A DNA stretch of 64,000 nucleotides from an uncultured bacterium (GCA_963707865.1 OY970175.1:144748-208747), one strand, 5' to 3'. Positions 45,885 through 55,982 are shown, numbered from the stretch's first letter. Notes: a model not told the origin generated them from the letters alone. Numbers and translations are program-made.

Positions 45885-46541
45885 GTGAAACCACTCAGGA
45901 AGGTCAATGTCAGATGGTCGCCCGAATTCGCATATGCGATCGGGCTTTTGGTGACCGACGGGTGTTTATATTCTGACGGAAGGCATATCAACCTCACCTC
46001 AAAAGACGAGGAGCAGGTGAAGAATTTCATGAAATGTCTTGCCTTGGATAACAAAATCGGCAAGAAAAGCAGGGGAGGAGAATTGGAAAAGAAATATTTT
46101 GTAGTGCAGTTTGGAGACGTGTTATTTTATAAATTTCTTGGCTCTATTGGTGTCACTTCTCATAAATCAAAAACTTTAGGAGCAATCAAGGTACCGGATG
46201 AATTTTTTTTTGATTTTCTCAGGGGGCATTTTGACGGCGACGGAACTTTTTATTCCTATTGGGATCCGCGTTGGCGTTCGAGTTACATGTTTTACACTGT
46301 TTTTCTTTCAGCAAGCGGTTCTCATATTGCGTGGATCAGAACTGCGATTTTCAAAAAATTACATCTCAAGGGTTATATGACGGTAACAGGTAAAACTCCC
46401 ATGTATGAGGTAAAATATGCCAAGGCTGAATCATTGAAATTATTGCCGAAATTGTATTATAATGCCGATGTGGTTTGTTTGTCCCGCAAGCGAGAAAGGA
46501 TCGAGAAAGCACTTGCGATAGCGAACAAAACCTTGACATGA
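45885..46541 (+). CDS. LAGLIDADG-family homing endonuclease (two-motif, monomeric type), AT-rich
   Basis: Motif 1 YAIGLLVTDGCL and motif 2 LRGHFDGDGTF, spaced ~100 aa apart. GTG start. Lower GC than the flanks. Confidence 0.85.
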   Translation: MKPLRKVNVRWSPEFAYAIGLLVTDGCLYSDGRHINLTSKDEEQVKNFMKCLALDNKIGKKSRGGELEKKYFVVQFGDVLFYKFLGSIGVTSHKSKTLGAIKVPDEFFFDFLRGHFDGDGTFYSYWDPRWRSSYMFYTVFLSASGSHIAWIRTAIFKKLHLKGYMTVTGKTPMYEVKYAKAESLKLLPKLYYNADVVCLSRKRERIEKALAIANKTLT

Positions 46542-46543
46542 AC

Positions 46544-46627
46544 GCGCGGGTGTCGTAACGGTAGCCGAGCACGCTTGAGGTGCGTGTGCCGAAAGGCGTG
46601 GAGGTTCGAATCCTCTCCCGCGCACCA
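46544..46627 (+). tRNA. tRNA-Leu (anticodon GAG), class II with long variable arm, CCA encoded
   Basis: GCGCGGG acceptor pairing with CCCGCGC-A-CCA. Anticodon arm CACGC-TTGAGGT-GCGTG. Variable arm GCC-GAAA-GGC. T-arm GGAGG-TTCGAAT-CCTCT. Confidence 0.85.
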
Positions 46628-46833
46628 TAATCAAACTAGCAGGAATTTTCAAAATCAAAAATTCCTGCTAAAATAGGTGTAAGCGGTGTCGTAAATACTC
46701 ACACATAAAAAACAGAAAGGCTCCCAAACAGAGGATGTCCTTTCTGCGGGAGCCAGCGCGATCCCAGTTGAACACATCACTTAAATCTTTCGAAGACTGT
46801 TCGGGCCCGCGCACAAATTGGTATGATGAAAGA

Positions 46834-47367
46834 ATGCAGGAATATGTGACCGAGGCCGTCGTGTTGGAGAAGGGGCCGCTCCGGGATTTTGACGCCCGCT
46901 ATTCTTTTTTTGCGAGGAGGTGCGGGAAGATCGTCGGAAAAGCAACGAGCGCAAGGAAGATCACGTCCAAGCTTGTGGGACATCTGGAACCGGGCACGCT
47001 CGTCAGGGTACGTTTCTTGGCACGGAATGGTGGGAACGGCAATGGCGTGCAGATCGCGGATGCCTTAAAATACGGCAAGCTTGCCGCGTCGCTCACCGAT
47101 CTCCATTTTTTGAACAAGATGCTTCTAGAGGGGGAACCCGATGCCGCGCTGTGGAATGAACTCACGCGGGAGCACAGGGAGCAGCGCTTCCCCTGGGGAA
47201 GCGTGCTGCGGATTCTCGGCTGGGACCCGCGAGAAGCGGTTTGCGAAGAATGCGGCAAGGACAGAAAGGCCGCCGCGTTTTATATCCCGAAGCAGGAATT
47301 TTTCTGCGCCTCATGCGCTTCAAAATTGGAGCGGGATGCGCTACTATTACTAGGAGATGAGCCCTAA
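46834..47367 (+). CDS. recO: DNA repair protein RecO (short form)
   Basis: N-terminal OB-fold-like TEAVVLEKGPLRDFDARYSFFARRCGKIVGKA, and C-terminal CxxC...CxxC (CEECGKD...CASCASK). An alternative upstream start exists at 46735. Confidence 0.6.
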   Translation: MQEYVTEAVVLEKGPLRDFDARYSFFARRCGKIVGKATSARKITSKLVGHLEPGTLVRVRFLARNGGNGNGVQIADALKYGKLAASLTDLHFLNKMLLEGEPDAALWNELTREHREQRFPWGSVLRILGWDPREAVCEECGKDRKAAAFYIPKQEFFCASCASKLERDALLLLGDEP

Positions 47368-49243
47368 GTATAACCCAAACGCGATTTGGCAGAGCAAAAA
47401 GAAGAAATTTGAATACGAGGCGCCGGAGCCCATGCCGCCCAGGTCTGCGCCACCGAAATCCGTGCCACCACGGCCTCCGGAGCCTGCCGAGGAGTTTGAC
47501 GAAGGAGAGCCGGCGAAGAGCCACGCCCTCGTTTGGTTTTTAGTTGTCTTTGTCGTCCTCGTGAGCGGGGGTATATTGTACTTTTTTCTTTTTAAACCGC
47601 CAGGAGGTCCCAACGTGAGCATCGGATTTACAAAGCCCAATCAGGTACTCGTGGGCGATCCTTTCCCTCTTACCGTTTCACTCTCCAATTATTCTTCCAA
47701 CATTTTAAAGAGCGCGTCGCTTTCGATCACCCTGCCGGATAATGTTTCCTTTGTCGGGCAATCTCCTACCCAACGGACACTGGAGGAAACCCTCGGCGAT
47801 CTTGACCCCGCGAGTATAAAAAACGTTACTTCCACACTTATCGTGACGGGCGATCCAAAGAGTGTGAAGCGCGTTGACGTCAAGCTTACCTACAGCACGG
47901 ACGCCGCCGCAAAGACGCAGTTTGCGACCAATGGGGGGGCGGATCTCGTCGTGGGTGACTTCGCGATCAGCGTGAGCGTCGTCCCTCCGGGGAACGTGTT
48001 CAGTGGCCAGGATTTTGATACTGCGGTGACCTACACCAACAATACCTCAGACAATTTTCTGAACGTGAAGCTTGCGCTCCAATATCCGCCGGTTTTTTCG
48101 TTCACGCGGAGTAGTATGTCGCCTGCAAGCGCAGGCAACAACTCGTGGGATTTGGGAACTGTCCCCGCGATGGGAAGCGGGACGTTGACGATCACGGGCA
48201 ATGTCGTGGGACCGCAGAACGCGACCTATCAGCTGATAGGAGGTTTGAAGGAGGAGGTGATGGGCGAAACCTATGCCCTGAACGAACAGACGGCAAACCT
48301 TGCGATCAGCGCCTCGCCGCTTTCGCTTACTCTCACGCTTAACAATACTTCCGATTACGTGGCGCAGCCGGGCGATACGCTCACCTACGTTCTTTCCTAT
48401 GCCAATAATTCAAATACGACCTTTCAAAACATAGCACTCAAGGCGGCACTTACGGGTGAGATGTTTGATTTCGCGACGCTTCGGACGAACGGCGCGTTCA
48501 ATTCCCTCACTGACACCGTTACGTGGTCGGCCGCCAATACGCCGCAGCTTTTGACGCTCGCGCCGGGGCAGTCGGGATCGGTGAATATTCTTGTGAGGGC
48601 CGCATCGTCGTATCCCATCCGGCTTTTGAGCGACAAGAATTATTGGCTCAAGGTGAACGCCCAGATTTCGTCGCCTACGGTGCCGCCGGACACGGCGGCG
48701 AGTTCTACGGTCTCTGCCGCAAGTATAGAGAACAAAGTAGGCGGGAACATTTCCATTGCCGCGGAGGGCTATTGGCGAGACGCGAGTTCCGGTATTCTGA
48801 ATTCAGGACCGTACCCTCCGATCGTGAACCAGGCGACGCAATATACGATTCATTGGGCTATTGTGAATTACGCCACGGATGCACAAAACGTGACCGTATC
48901 GGCCTATCTCCAGTCGGGGACTGCGTGCACGGGCGTGATCCAGAGCAACATGACGACAGCACCATCTTGCAACGCGGCAACCGGCTTTGTCTCGTGGACT
49001 ATCCCTACGATTCCTGCGACGACCGGCATCGTGGGCCAGCCCGCCGAGGCGGTTTTTCAGGTGGCGAATACGCCGGCGGTCAACCAGGTGGGAAGCGCAG
49101 TGACATTGCTTGGCCCAACCACGCTCCAAGCGGCGGATGCGTTCACGAGCTCAACACTCACGGCCTCCGCGCCCGCGGTTACGACCGATCTGCCCAACGA
49201 CAAAACCATCAGTCCGGGTCAGGATCGCCGCGTCACACAATAA
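47357..49243 (+). CDS. Large membrane-anchored surface protein with repeated beta-rich (DUF11/CARDB-like) domains
   Basis: Pro-rich cytoplasmic N-terminus, one TM helix (LVWFLVVFVVLVSGGILYFFLF), then ~550 aa of Thr/Ser/Asn-rich repeats with recurring xLTYxLSYxNN and VTWSAxN motifs. Confidence 0.6.
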   Translation: MSPKYNPNAIWQSKKKKFEYEAPEPMPPRSAPPKSVPPRPPEPAEEFDEGEPAKSHALVWFLVVFVVLVSGGILYFFLFKPPGGPNVSIGFTKPNQVLVGDPFPLTVSLSNYSSNILKSASLSITLPDNVSFVGQSPTQRTLEETLGDLDPASIKNVTSTLIVTGDPKSVKRVDVKLTYSTDAAAKTQFATNGGADLVVGDFAISVSVVPPGNVFSGQDFDTAVTYTNNTSDNFLNVKLALQYPPVFSFTRSSMSPASAGNNSWDLGTVPAMGSGTLTITGNVVGPQNATYQLIGGLKEEVMGETYALNEQTANLAISASPLSLTLTLNNTSDYVAQPGDTLTYVLSYANNSNTTFQNIALKAALTGEMFDFATLRTNGAFNSLTDTVTWSAANTPQLLTLAPGQSGSVNILVRAASSYPIRLLSDKNYWLKVNAQISSPTVPPDTAASSTVSAASIENKVGGNISIAAEGYWRDASSGILNSGPYPPIVNQATQYTIHWAIVNYATDAQNVTVSAYLQSGTACTGVIQSNMTTAPSCNAATGFVSWTIPTIPATTGIVGQPAEAVFQVANTPAVNQVGSAVTLLGPTTLQAADAFTSSTLTASAPAVTTDLPNDKTISPGQDRRVTQ

Positions 49244-49245
49244 CA

Positions 49246-50606
49246 TGCCGAAGAACGACCTCATGGAAAAAATCGTCTCACTCGCGAAGCGCCGCGGGTT
49301 CGTGTTTCCCGGATCGGAGATTTACGGCGGACTTGCAAACTCGTGGGATTACGGGCCGCTTGGGGTTGAATTAAAAAATAATATCAAAAGTTTTTGGTGG
49401 GAGCGATTTGTGCACCGGCGCGACGACATGGTCGGTCTGGATTCCGCGCTCATCATGAATCCGCAGGTGTGGATGGCGAGCGGGCATCTTTCGGCGGGTT
49501 TCGCCGATCTGCTGATTGAATGCAAAAAATGCCATAACCGTTATCGTGCAGATGATATCGGTTATGCGGTTCCGAAATCAGGCGAGGTTGATTCCTCTAA
49601 ACTCCCCGAGTGCCCTAATTGCAAATCAAGACAGTGGACGGAGGCACGCCAGTTCAATTTAATGTTCAAAACGTTCGTCGGGCCGGCGGAGGAGCAGGCG
49701 AATGTGGCGTATTTCCGGCCGGAGACCGCACAGGGGATATTTGTGGATTTCAAAAACATTTTGGATACCACGCGGCGGCAGCTGCCGTTCGGCGTCGCGC
49801 AGATGGGGAAGGCGTTTCGCAATGAGATCACGCCGGGCAATTTCATTTTCCGCACGCGCGAGTTTGAACAGATGGAAATTGAATATTTTATTCCGCCGCC
49901 CGCACGCAACGAGGACTGGAAGGATTATTTTGAGATGTGGCGGAAAGAAATGGTCGCGTGGATCAAAGATGTCGGTATTGATACGAAAAAGTTGCACGAA
50001 GTGGAGATCGGAGAGGGTGACCGCGCACACTATTCCAAGCGCACCATTGATTTTGAATTTGAGTATCCTTTCGGTCAGAAGGAACTCTATGGCCTGGCTT
50101 ACCGCACAGACTTTGACCTCAAAAACCATTTCAAGGAGCCGCCATACCACGACGCGCAGACAGGCGAGGCGTTCTGGCCGCACGTGGTTGAGCCGTCTCT
50201 TGGCGTTGATCGCACGGTCCTTGCCGTGCTTTTAAGCGCCTTTGCGGAGGACGGCGATCGCGTGTTTCTGAAGCTCAAGCCTCATCTCGCGCCGTACAAG
50301 GCAGCCGTGTTCCCGTTGCTTGCGAACAAGCCGAAGCTTGTGGAAGCGGCGAGGGAGATCTATAACGATCTTCGCAAACAATTTACAGTGGCGTGGGACG
50401 ATCGCGGCAATATTGGCAAACGCTATTACGCGCAGGATGAGATCGGAACGCCATTCTGCATTACGGTTGATTTTGATACGGTCGGTGAGGGCAACATGGA
50501 ACTCAAAGGCACTGTGACCGTGCGCGACCGCGACACAGCGAAGCAGGAGCGGATTGCGGTTGATACGCTGGCCGACTTTATTACAAAAAAGGTTTCGGTT
50601 TCATAA
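49246..50606 (+). CDS. glyQS: Glycine--tRNA ligase (dimeric alpha2 type)
   Basis: FVFPGSEIYGGLANSWDYGPLG N-terminal signature, class II motifs, C-terminal anticodon-binding domain. Start MPKNDL at 49246; the ORF track begins upstream. Confidence 0.9.
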
Positions 50607-50631
50607 CGCGCGGGCGGTGAACGAACAAACC

Positions 50632-51936
50632 ATGGCGGAAAAATTCGTAATTAAAGGAGGCAAGCCGCTTTTCGGCGAGATCAAGCTCGCCGGCGCGAAG
50701 AACGCAGTCTCCAAAATGATGATAGCGTCGCTCCTCACGGACGAGCCGTGCATTTTGGAGAACATGCCGCAGATAGGCGACGTGGACATTGTCGTTGAGC
50801 TTTTGAAAACGATCGGGAGCGAAATAGAAATTGTGGGCTCCACAGCGAAGATTGAAACACGCGAGATCAAGAACAGCCGCGTTTCGGAGCTCACGCGACG
50901 GAACAGGATTCCCATCCTTGCTTTGGGGCCGCTCCTTGTGCGCGCGGGAGAAGCGGAAGTGCCGGTGTTGGGCGGCGACAAAATAGGCGCGCGGCCCGTG
51001 GACATCCATCTGGAAGCGCTTGCAAAATTCGGTGCGCAGCTCGCGATCACAAAGAACAGTTATCATGCATGGGCGAAGCATGGGCTCCACGGCGCGGAGA
51101 TTGAACTTCGGTTCCCGAGCGTGGGTGCCACGGAAAATACCATCCTCGCGGCGGTACTTGCAAAAGGAAAGACGGTCATCAAGAATGCGGCGCTGGAACC
51201 GGAGATTGTGGACCTCATAAAAATGCTCCAGAAAATGGGAGCTATTGTTGAGCTTGCGCCGCCGCGTACGATTACGATTGAGGGCGTGAAGCGCTTGCAC
51301 GGCGTGACACATCGGATCATACCGGACAGGAACGAGGCGGTTTCGTTCGCATGCCTTGCGATCGCGACGAACGGAAGGATTCTTGTGAAAGAGGCGCGGC
51401 AGGATGAGCTCATTACTTTTTTGAACGTCGTGCGAAGGCTCGGCGCCCAATACGAGGTGACGGATGGCGGCATTGCTTTTTGGCGGAAAAATTCATTGAA
51501 AGCACTTTCGGTGCGGACCGACGTGCATCCCGGATTTATGACCGATTGGCAGCAGCCGCTTTGCGTGCTCCTTACGCAGGCAAAGGGCATCTCAACGATC
51601 CACGAAACCATTTGGGAAGATCGCTTTGCCTATGCGCACGACCTGAACGAGATGGGCGCGAAGATCGTCGTGGGAGCAGAGTGCCCGCAGGGAGAAGAGT
51701 GTCGCTTGGCCGGAAAGGGATTTCTCCATTACGCGACCGTAGAAGGGCAAACCCCGCTTCGGAGCGCGAACCTTACTGTGCACGATTTACGCTCCGGGAT
51801 ACTTGACGTTCTCGCTGCGCTCATCGCCGACGGCGTTTCCGAGGTGGAAGGCATTCACGAAATAGACCGCGGCTACGAACACATTGACGGCCGTCTGCGC
51901 CAGCTCGGCGCGGACATAAGGAGGGTTTTGTTTTAG
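50632..51936 (+). CDS. murA: UDP-N-acetylglucosamine 1-carboxyvinyltransferase
   Basis: MAEKFVIKGGKPLFGEIKLAGAKNAVSKMMIASLL (EPSP-synthase fold) and the active-site Cys region. 434 aa. Confidence 0.9.
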   Translation: MAEKFVIKGGKPLFGEIKLAGAKNAVSKMMIASLLTDEPCILENMPQIGDVDIVVELLKTIGSEIEIVGSTAKIETREIKNSRVSELTRRNRIPILALGPLLVRAGEAEVPVLGGDKIGARPVDIHLEALAKFGAQLAITKNSYHAWAKHGLHGAEIELRFPSVGATENTILAAVLAKGKTVIKNAALEPEIVDLIKMLQKMGAIVELAPPRTITIEGVKRLHGVTHRIIPDRNEAVSFACLAIATNGRILVKEARQDELITFLNVVRRLGAQYEVTDGGIAFWRKNSLKALSVRTDVHPGFMTDWQQPLCVLLTQAKGISTIHETIWEDRFAYAHDLNEMGAKIVVGAECPQGEECRLAGKGFLHYATVEGQTPLRSANLTVHDLRSGILDVLAALIADGVSEVEGIHEIDRGYEHIDGRLRQLGADIRRVLF

Positions 51937-51937
51937 G

Positions 51938-52922
51938 CACACACATATGGCGGACTAGGTTTTGAACTCGGCAAGCGCTTCGTTCGGCGTCTTGCCATTC
52001 AGGCCACAGTGTTCAAGGTTGTTGTACTCAGTATTCCACCATCGTACCCTTTGGCGCAAATCCTTTGCCGAAGCAAATGTTGTTTCGTGGTAGAGCGTTC
52101 TCTGGTCCGACCCATGCGAGCGTTCGACCTTGCCGTTCTGCGCGGGCTTCCCCGGATCGATGAGGTAGTGCACGATGCCGCGTTCGGCGCAGAAGCGGTC
52201 CAAAGCGTGTTGATGGGCAGGCGAAAGATCCGCCCGCTTGTACGTGCCCGTGTACCGGTTGGTGAAGGTCGCATGGTTGTCCGTCTTCACGCCGGTGATC
52301 CGATATTCAAATCGCCGGATGACATCCGCAAGAAAGAGGAGGGTGTTCTGCGTGGACTCTTCCTCGAAAATCCGGAGGTAGCGCCAGCGGGAGGCACAAT
52401 CGATCGCCGTATATTGAAAATATGCACGTCCCGCAACGGTTCCCGGCACATGCTTCACGTCGATCTCCATGAGGTCGCCAGGCTTCCAGGTGGCTTTGAT
52501 ATATTTGTACGTGATCTTTTTGGTACGATACTTCCGCACGAGCCTTTCTGTCTTCAAGATTTTTCCGATGGTGCGCTCATGGATATGGATGCCCACCTTT
52601 TCGAGCTTCCAATGCAGTTTGAGCGCGCAGACCTTTCTCTTCTTGCGCAACGCGATGATTGCTTCCTTGATGCTGATCGGTGTTTCCTTGGGCGAGGTCT
52701 TCGGCCGGGTGGAACGCGGTTCAAGCGCTGATTCACCGCCACGCCGGTATGCCTGCAGCCACCGCTCCAAGGTCCGCTTCCCATACGGAAACACCTTCAT
52801 CACTTCGGTGGTGCTTGTGCGACCTTTTACAATGGGTTCCACCCACCGCACCCGCTCTTGTTTGATATTCTCAGCCATATGGATCGACATTCCCCGATTG
52901 TACGGGAGTCCGCCATATGTGT
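51938..52922 (-). mobile_element. Intact insertion sequence (~985 bp) with perfect 20-bp terminal inverted repeats GCACACACATATGGCGGACT, encoding one DDE transposase
   Basis: Left end 51938-51957 and right end 52903-52922 are exact reverse complements. The transposase ORF fills the interior. Inserted 1 nt after the murA stop. Confidence 0.75.
51955..52890 (-). CDS. DDE transposase (N-terminal HTH plus rve/integrase-core domain; IS481/IS3-like)
   Basis: HTH-like N-terminus, then a D...D...E core (DVKHV..., TDNHATF..., ...E) spacing. 311 aa. Confidence 0.85.
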   Translation of the reverse strand: MSIHMAENIKQERVRWVEPIVKGRTSTTEVMKVFPYGKRTLERWLQAYRRGGESALEPRSTRPKTSPKETPISIKEAIIALRKKRKVCALKLHWKLEKVGIHIHERTIGKILKTERLVRKYRTKKITYKYIKATWKPGDLMEIDVKHVPGTVAGRAYFQYTAIDCASRWRYLRIFEEESTQNTLLFLADVIRRFEYRITGVKTDNHATFTNRYTGTYKRADLSPAHQHALDRFCAERGIVHYLIDPGKPAQNGKVERSHGSDQRTLYHETTFASAKDLRQRVRWWNTEYNNLEHCGLNGKTPNEALAEFKT

Positions 52923-53003
52923 GTGCACATTACCGTTTCAGCTTGACAAAATATCTGGTTGTGCTATTATCCTCTTTGGGGGGTAATTGACACGGAGGTG
53001 GAA

Positions 53004-53381
53004 ATGAGAGATAAGATCCTTTGGGCAGTGACGGCAATATTTTTCGCCGTTGTGATCGGCGTGGTAACGAGGCATGACGAACCTCAGACTCTCAAGTTAA
53101 GGTGCGTCGAGGGCGGCTGCGTCGGGGTAGTAATTGCCCCCGACGTGGCAAGAGCAGAGAAAGCCCCCACTTTCAAGTATTTAAAAGAAAGTTCAGATTT
53201 GGAAGTGGATTACTGTTTCGAAGAGAGAGGAGAACAGGCATGTCCTTCATTGCTCTTCGACCATGATGGCGTTGATGAGCGAGGCATGTCTCGCCCGCTC
53301 GCTCTCAACCTTCAGCAGATTTCATTCCAAGACGAGGCGGGACGCGAGGTAGGTGGCATCGCAGTATGGCCGCCTCGTTAG
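53004..53381 (+). CDS. Hypothetical membrane-anchored protein
   Basis: GGAGG RBS about 5 nt before ATG 53004. N-terminal TM helix. Promoter -35 TTGACA at 52943-52948 with extended -10 TGCTATTAT. Confidence 0.45.
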   Translation: MRDKILWAVTAIFFAVVIGVVTRHDEPQTLKLRCVEGGCVGVVIAPDVARAEKAPTFKYLKESSDLEVDYCFEERGEQACPSLLFDHDGVDERGMSRPLALNLQQISFQDEAGREVGGIAVWPPR

Positions 53382-53454
53382 GGTTCAGGGGCGGGAGTCG
53401 CGGAATATCGCGATTCCCGCCGCTTTACTTTTTGGGCCCCTTCGCGTTAAATGT

Positions 53455-54468
53455 ATGGGTATGTTCCGCAAGAAAATTGGCATTGATTTGGGGACGGCCA
53501 ATACCGTCGTTTTTGTACCTGGGAAGGGCTTTATTATCAACGAGCCGACCATCGTAGCACTCACGCAGCCGGATAATTCGGTATTGGCGGTGGGGAGCGA
53601 AGCGAAGGAAATGATTGGCCGGACCCCGGACGAGATCGTGGCCTACCGCCCGCTCAAGGACGGCGTGATCGCCGATTATTACATCACGAAGGCGATGCTT
53701 ACGTATTTCATTTCAAAAGCCGTGGGCTGGTTCAATTTGGTAAAGCCGGACGTGGTGATCTCCGTGCCTGCGGGCATCACGCAGACCGAGCGGCGCGCGG
53801 TGATGAACGCGGCGCGCGAAGCGGGCGCGGGGAATGCGTTTATCGTGCGCGAGCCGATCCTTGCGGCGTTGGGCGCCGGCATTCCCATCAATGCGCGTTC
53901 GGGGAACATGATCATCAACATCGGCGGCGGCACATCGGAACAGGCGGTGATTGCGTTGGGGAGTATCGTGTCATGGAACAGTTTGCGCATCGCAGGGAAC
54001 AAATTTGACCAGGCGATCATGGATTACGTGAAAAAGAAATACGGCCTCGCGATTGGCGAACAAACTGCCGAGAACGTGAAGATCGAGATCGGTTCTGCGA
54101 TGCCGACGAAGGAAAAAATGGAATATCAGATCCGCGGGCGGGACCTCGTGACCGGACTTCCGAAGGACATCACAATCAATTCAAACGAAATTGCGGAGGC
54201 GCTGAATCCCTTCCTTATTGAGATCGCGAGTGCCATCCAAAATGTCTTCAACGTGACGCCGCCGGAGCTTGTGGCAGACATTATGGAAAAGGGCATCATC
54301 CTTTCGGGCGGCTCGGTGCAGCTTCACCACATGCCCGAGTTTTTTGAGCGTTTCTTGGGTGTGCAGGCCTATGTGGCCGAGGATCCGCTCTTTTGTGTCG
54401 CGAAGGGCACCGGCCTCATCCTGAACCATCTGGATACCTATAAGCGTACGTTGCTCAATAAGCGGTAA
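53455..54468 (+). CDS. mreB: Rod shape-determining protein MreB
   Basis: IGIDLGTANTVVFV, the actin-fold phosphate loops, and NIGGGTSE. Confidence 0.9.
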   Translation: MGMFRKKIGIDLGTANTVVFVPGKGFIINEPTIVALTQPDNSVLAVGSEAKEMIGRTPDEIVAYRPLKDGVIADYYITKAMLTYFISKAVGWFNLVKPDVVISVPAGITQTERRAVMNAAREAGAGNAFIVREPILAALGAGIPINARSGNMIINIGGGTSEQAVIALGSIVSWNSLRIAGNKFDQAIMDYVKKKYGLAIGEQTAENVKIEIGSAMPTKEKMEYQIRGRDLVTGLPKDITINSNEIAEALNPFLIEIASAIQNVFNVTPPELVADIMEKGIILSGGSVQLHHMPEFFERFLGVQAYVAEDPLFCVAKGTGLILNHLDTYKRTLLNKR

Positions 54469-54472
54469 AACG

Positions 54473-55348
54473 ATGCCACGGGTGCTTGGGCATGAAAAGA
54501 TAATCGGAGATCTTACGCGGCTTGCTCAAGATGGCAAGCTTTCGCACGGGTATATTTTCTACGGACTTCCTATGGTTGGGAAGCGCACGACGGCACTCGC
54601 TCTCGCGCATGGCTTGGAGAAAGGCGCATTCGAAGCGCCTTCGGAAAGCGAAATCCTGCAGGATGCTAAGGTGATCGACGTAGCATTTGCGAAGCAGTTG
54701 GATCCCAATTTGAAGGATTCCATCAGCATTGATGCGGTCCGCGAGATCAAAAATTTCCTTTGGCAGAAGCCGAATGTGAGCACGAAGCGCACGCTTGTCA
54801 TTGATGATGCGGAATTTTTGACGAATGACGCACAGAATGCGCTTTTGAAAATCACCGAGGAACCGCCAGTGTCCTCGCTTTTGATTGTTATCACCTCCGA
54901 TTTGGAAAGCATTATGCCGACCATCCTTTCGCGGCTGCAGAAGATTTACTTCGGTGCGGTGCCGGAAGCGGCGCTCGCGGCATGGATGGAAAAAGAGCAG
55001 GGGGTTCCGAAGGCGAAGGCGGCGTTGCTTACGAAGAAAGCGCGGGGTTTGCCGGGGCTTGCATGGCGGTTGCTCAATGACGAGGTGTTCCAAAAAAATC
55101 TTGCGTTGGCAGAAACATTCTTGAAAACCCTGCCCGCCGGACGGCGCGATGTTGTGAAGAGTTTGTTGGAGCCCGAGGAGTTCAACTTACGGAAATTTCT
55201 GGACGCGGTTATAATAATCCTTGCGTGGGAGAAGCCGTCCAAAGCGAACGTTGCGCTTTGGCACAAGGCGCTCGCGCTGTATCAGAACATCACCAATTTC
55301 GGTTTGAATCCGCGTTTGCAGTTGGAAAATCTTATTGCGCAATCATGA
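54473..55348 (+). CDS. holB: DNA polymerase III delta' subunit (clamp-loader AAA+)
   Basis: HGYIFYGLPMVGKRTTALALA P-loop-like region, then ...LVIDDAEFLTNDAQNALLKITEEPP and SRLQKIYF (SRC motif). Confidence 0.8.
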   Translation: MPRVLGHEKIIGDLTRLAQDGKLSHGYIFYGLPMVGKRTTALALAHGLEKGAFEAPSESEILQDAKVIDVAFAKQLDPNLKDSISIDAVREIKNFLWQKPNVSTKRTLVIDDAEFLTNDAQNALLKITEEPPVSSLLIVITSDLESIMPTILSRLQKIYFGAVPEAALAAWMEKEQGVPKAKAALLTKKARGLPGLAWRLLNDEVFQKNLALAETFLKTLPAGRRDVVKSLLEPEEFNLRKFLDAVIIILAWEKPSKANVALWHKALALYQNITNFGLNPRLQLENLIAQS

Positions 55349-55905
55349 CCACAGGAGAACAATTCATCAAAGATCTTGAGGCAGGGCTTTCGGCCGCCGT
55401 CCAAAAATTGAGACAAGATTTCGGGCAGATCCGCGGTAACCGGCCGTCGGTGGAGCTTGTGCAAGACATCAAAGTGAACCTGTATGACCAAACGCTTTCC
55501 GTCAGGGAGCTTGGCTCGTTAAGTATTCTCCCTCCGCGCACCATCCAGGTCGCCGTGTGGGATCAAAACGCCCTCGCCGCCGTGATGAAGGCGATTGAAA
55601 GCGCGCACCTCGGACTTTCTACAACGAACAACGGCAATAACATTTTGGCGACGCTTTCGCCCCTTGGCAACGAGCGGCGCGAGGAGATGGCGAAACTTGT
55701 GAAAAAGACCGCGGAGACGGCGAGGATCCAGATCCGCGCGAAACGCGATGAAACAATGAAGCGACTAAAAGAAGCGGAGAACAAAAAGGAAATCACCGAA
55801 GACGAAGCGTTCAAGTCAAAAGAAAAGGCCCAGAAAGCAGTGGACAAGGCGAACGGGGAAGTGGAGACGCTCGTGAATGCAAAACTGCAGGAGCTGGGAG
55901 CGTAG
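55345..55905 (+). CDS. frr: Ribosome recycling factor
   Basis: RGNRPSVELVQDIKVNLYD...LSILPPRTIQVAVWD blocks. The ATG overlaps the holB stop. Confidence 0.9.
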   Translation: MTTGEQFIKDLEAGLSAAVQKLRQDFGQIRGNRPSVELVQDIKVNLYDQTLSVRELGSLSILPPRTIQVAVWDQNALAAVMKAIESAHLGLSTTNNGNNILATLSPLGNERREEMAKLVKKTAETARIQIRAKRDETMKRLKEAENKKEITEDEAFKSKEKAQKAVDKANGEVETLVNAKLQELGA

Positions 55906-55982
55906 TCCGGTATGAGCATTCCGCATTACATTTTAATTTTGTCAACTACCTTTGGTGGTGATTTGCGTATATATTAGAGAGT

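Noticed and set aside
45095-46541. Receiver gene, rplS and the LAGLIDADG ORF all lying inside a giant 3'-terminal 16S intron
   Set aside because: An essential ribosomal protein gene inside an rRNA intron is implausible, and no 3' exon (CCTCCTT) follows the LAGLIDADG ORF; tRNA-Leu starts 2 nt after it. The missing anti-SD is reported as an unresolved anomaly instead.
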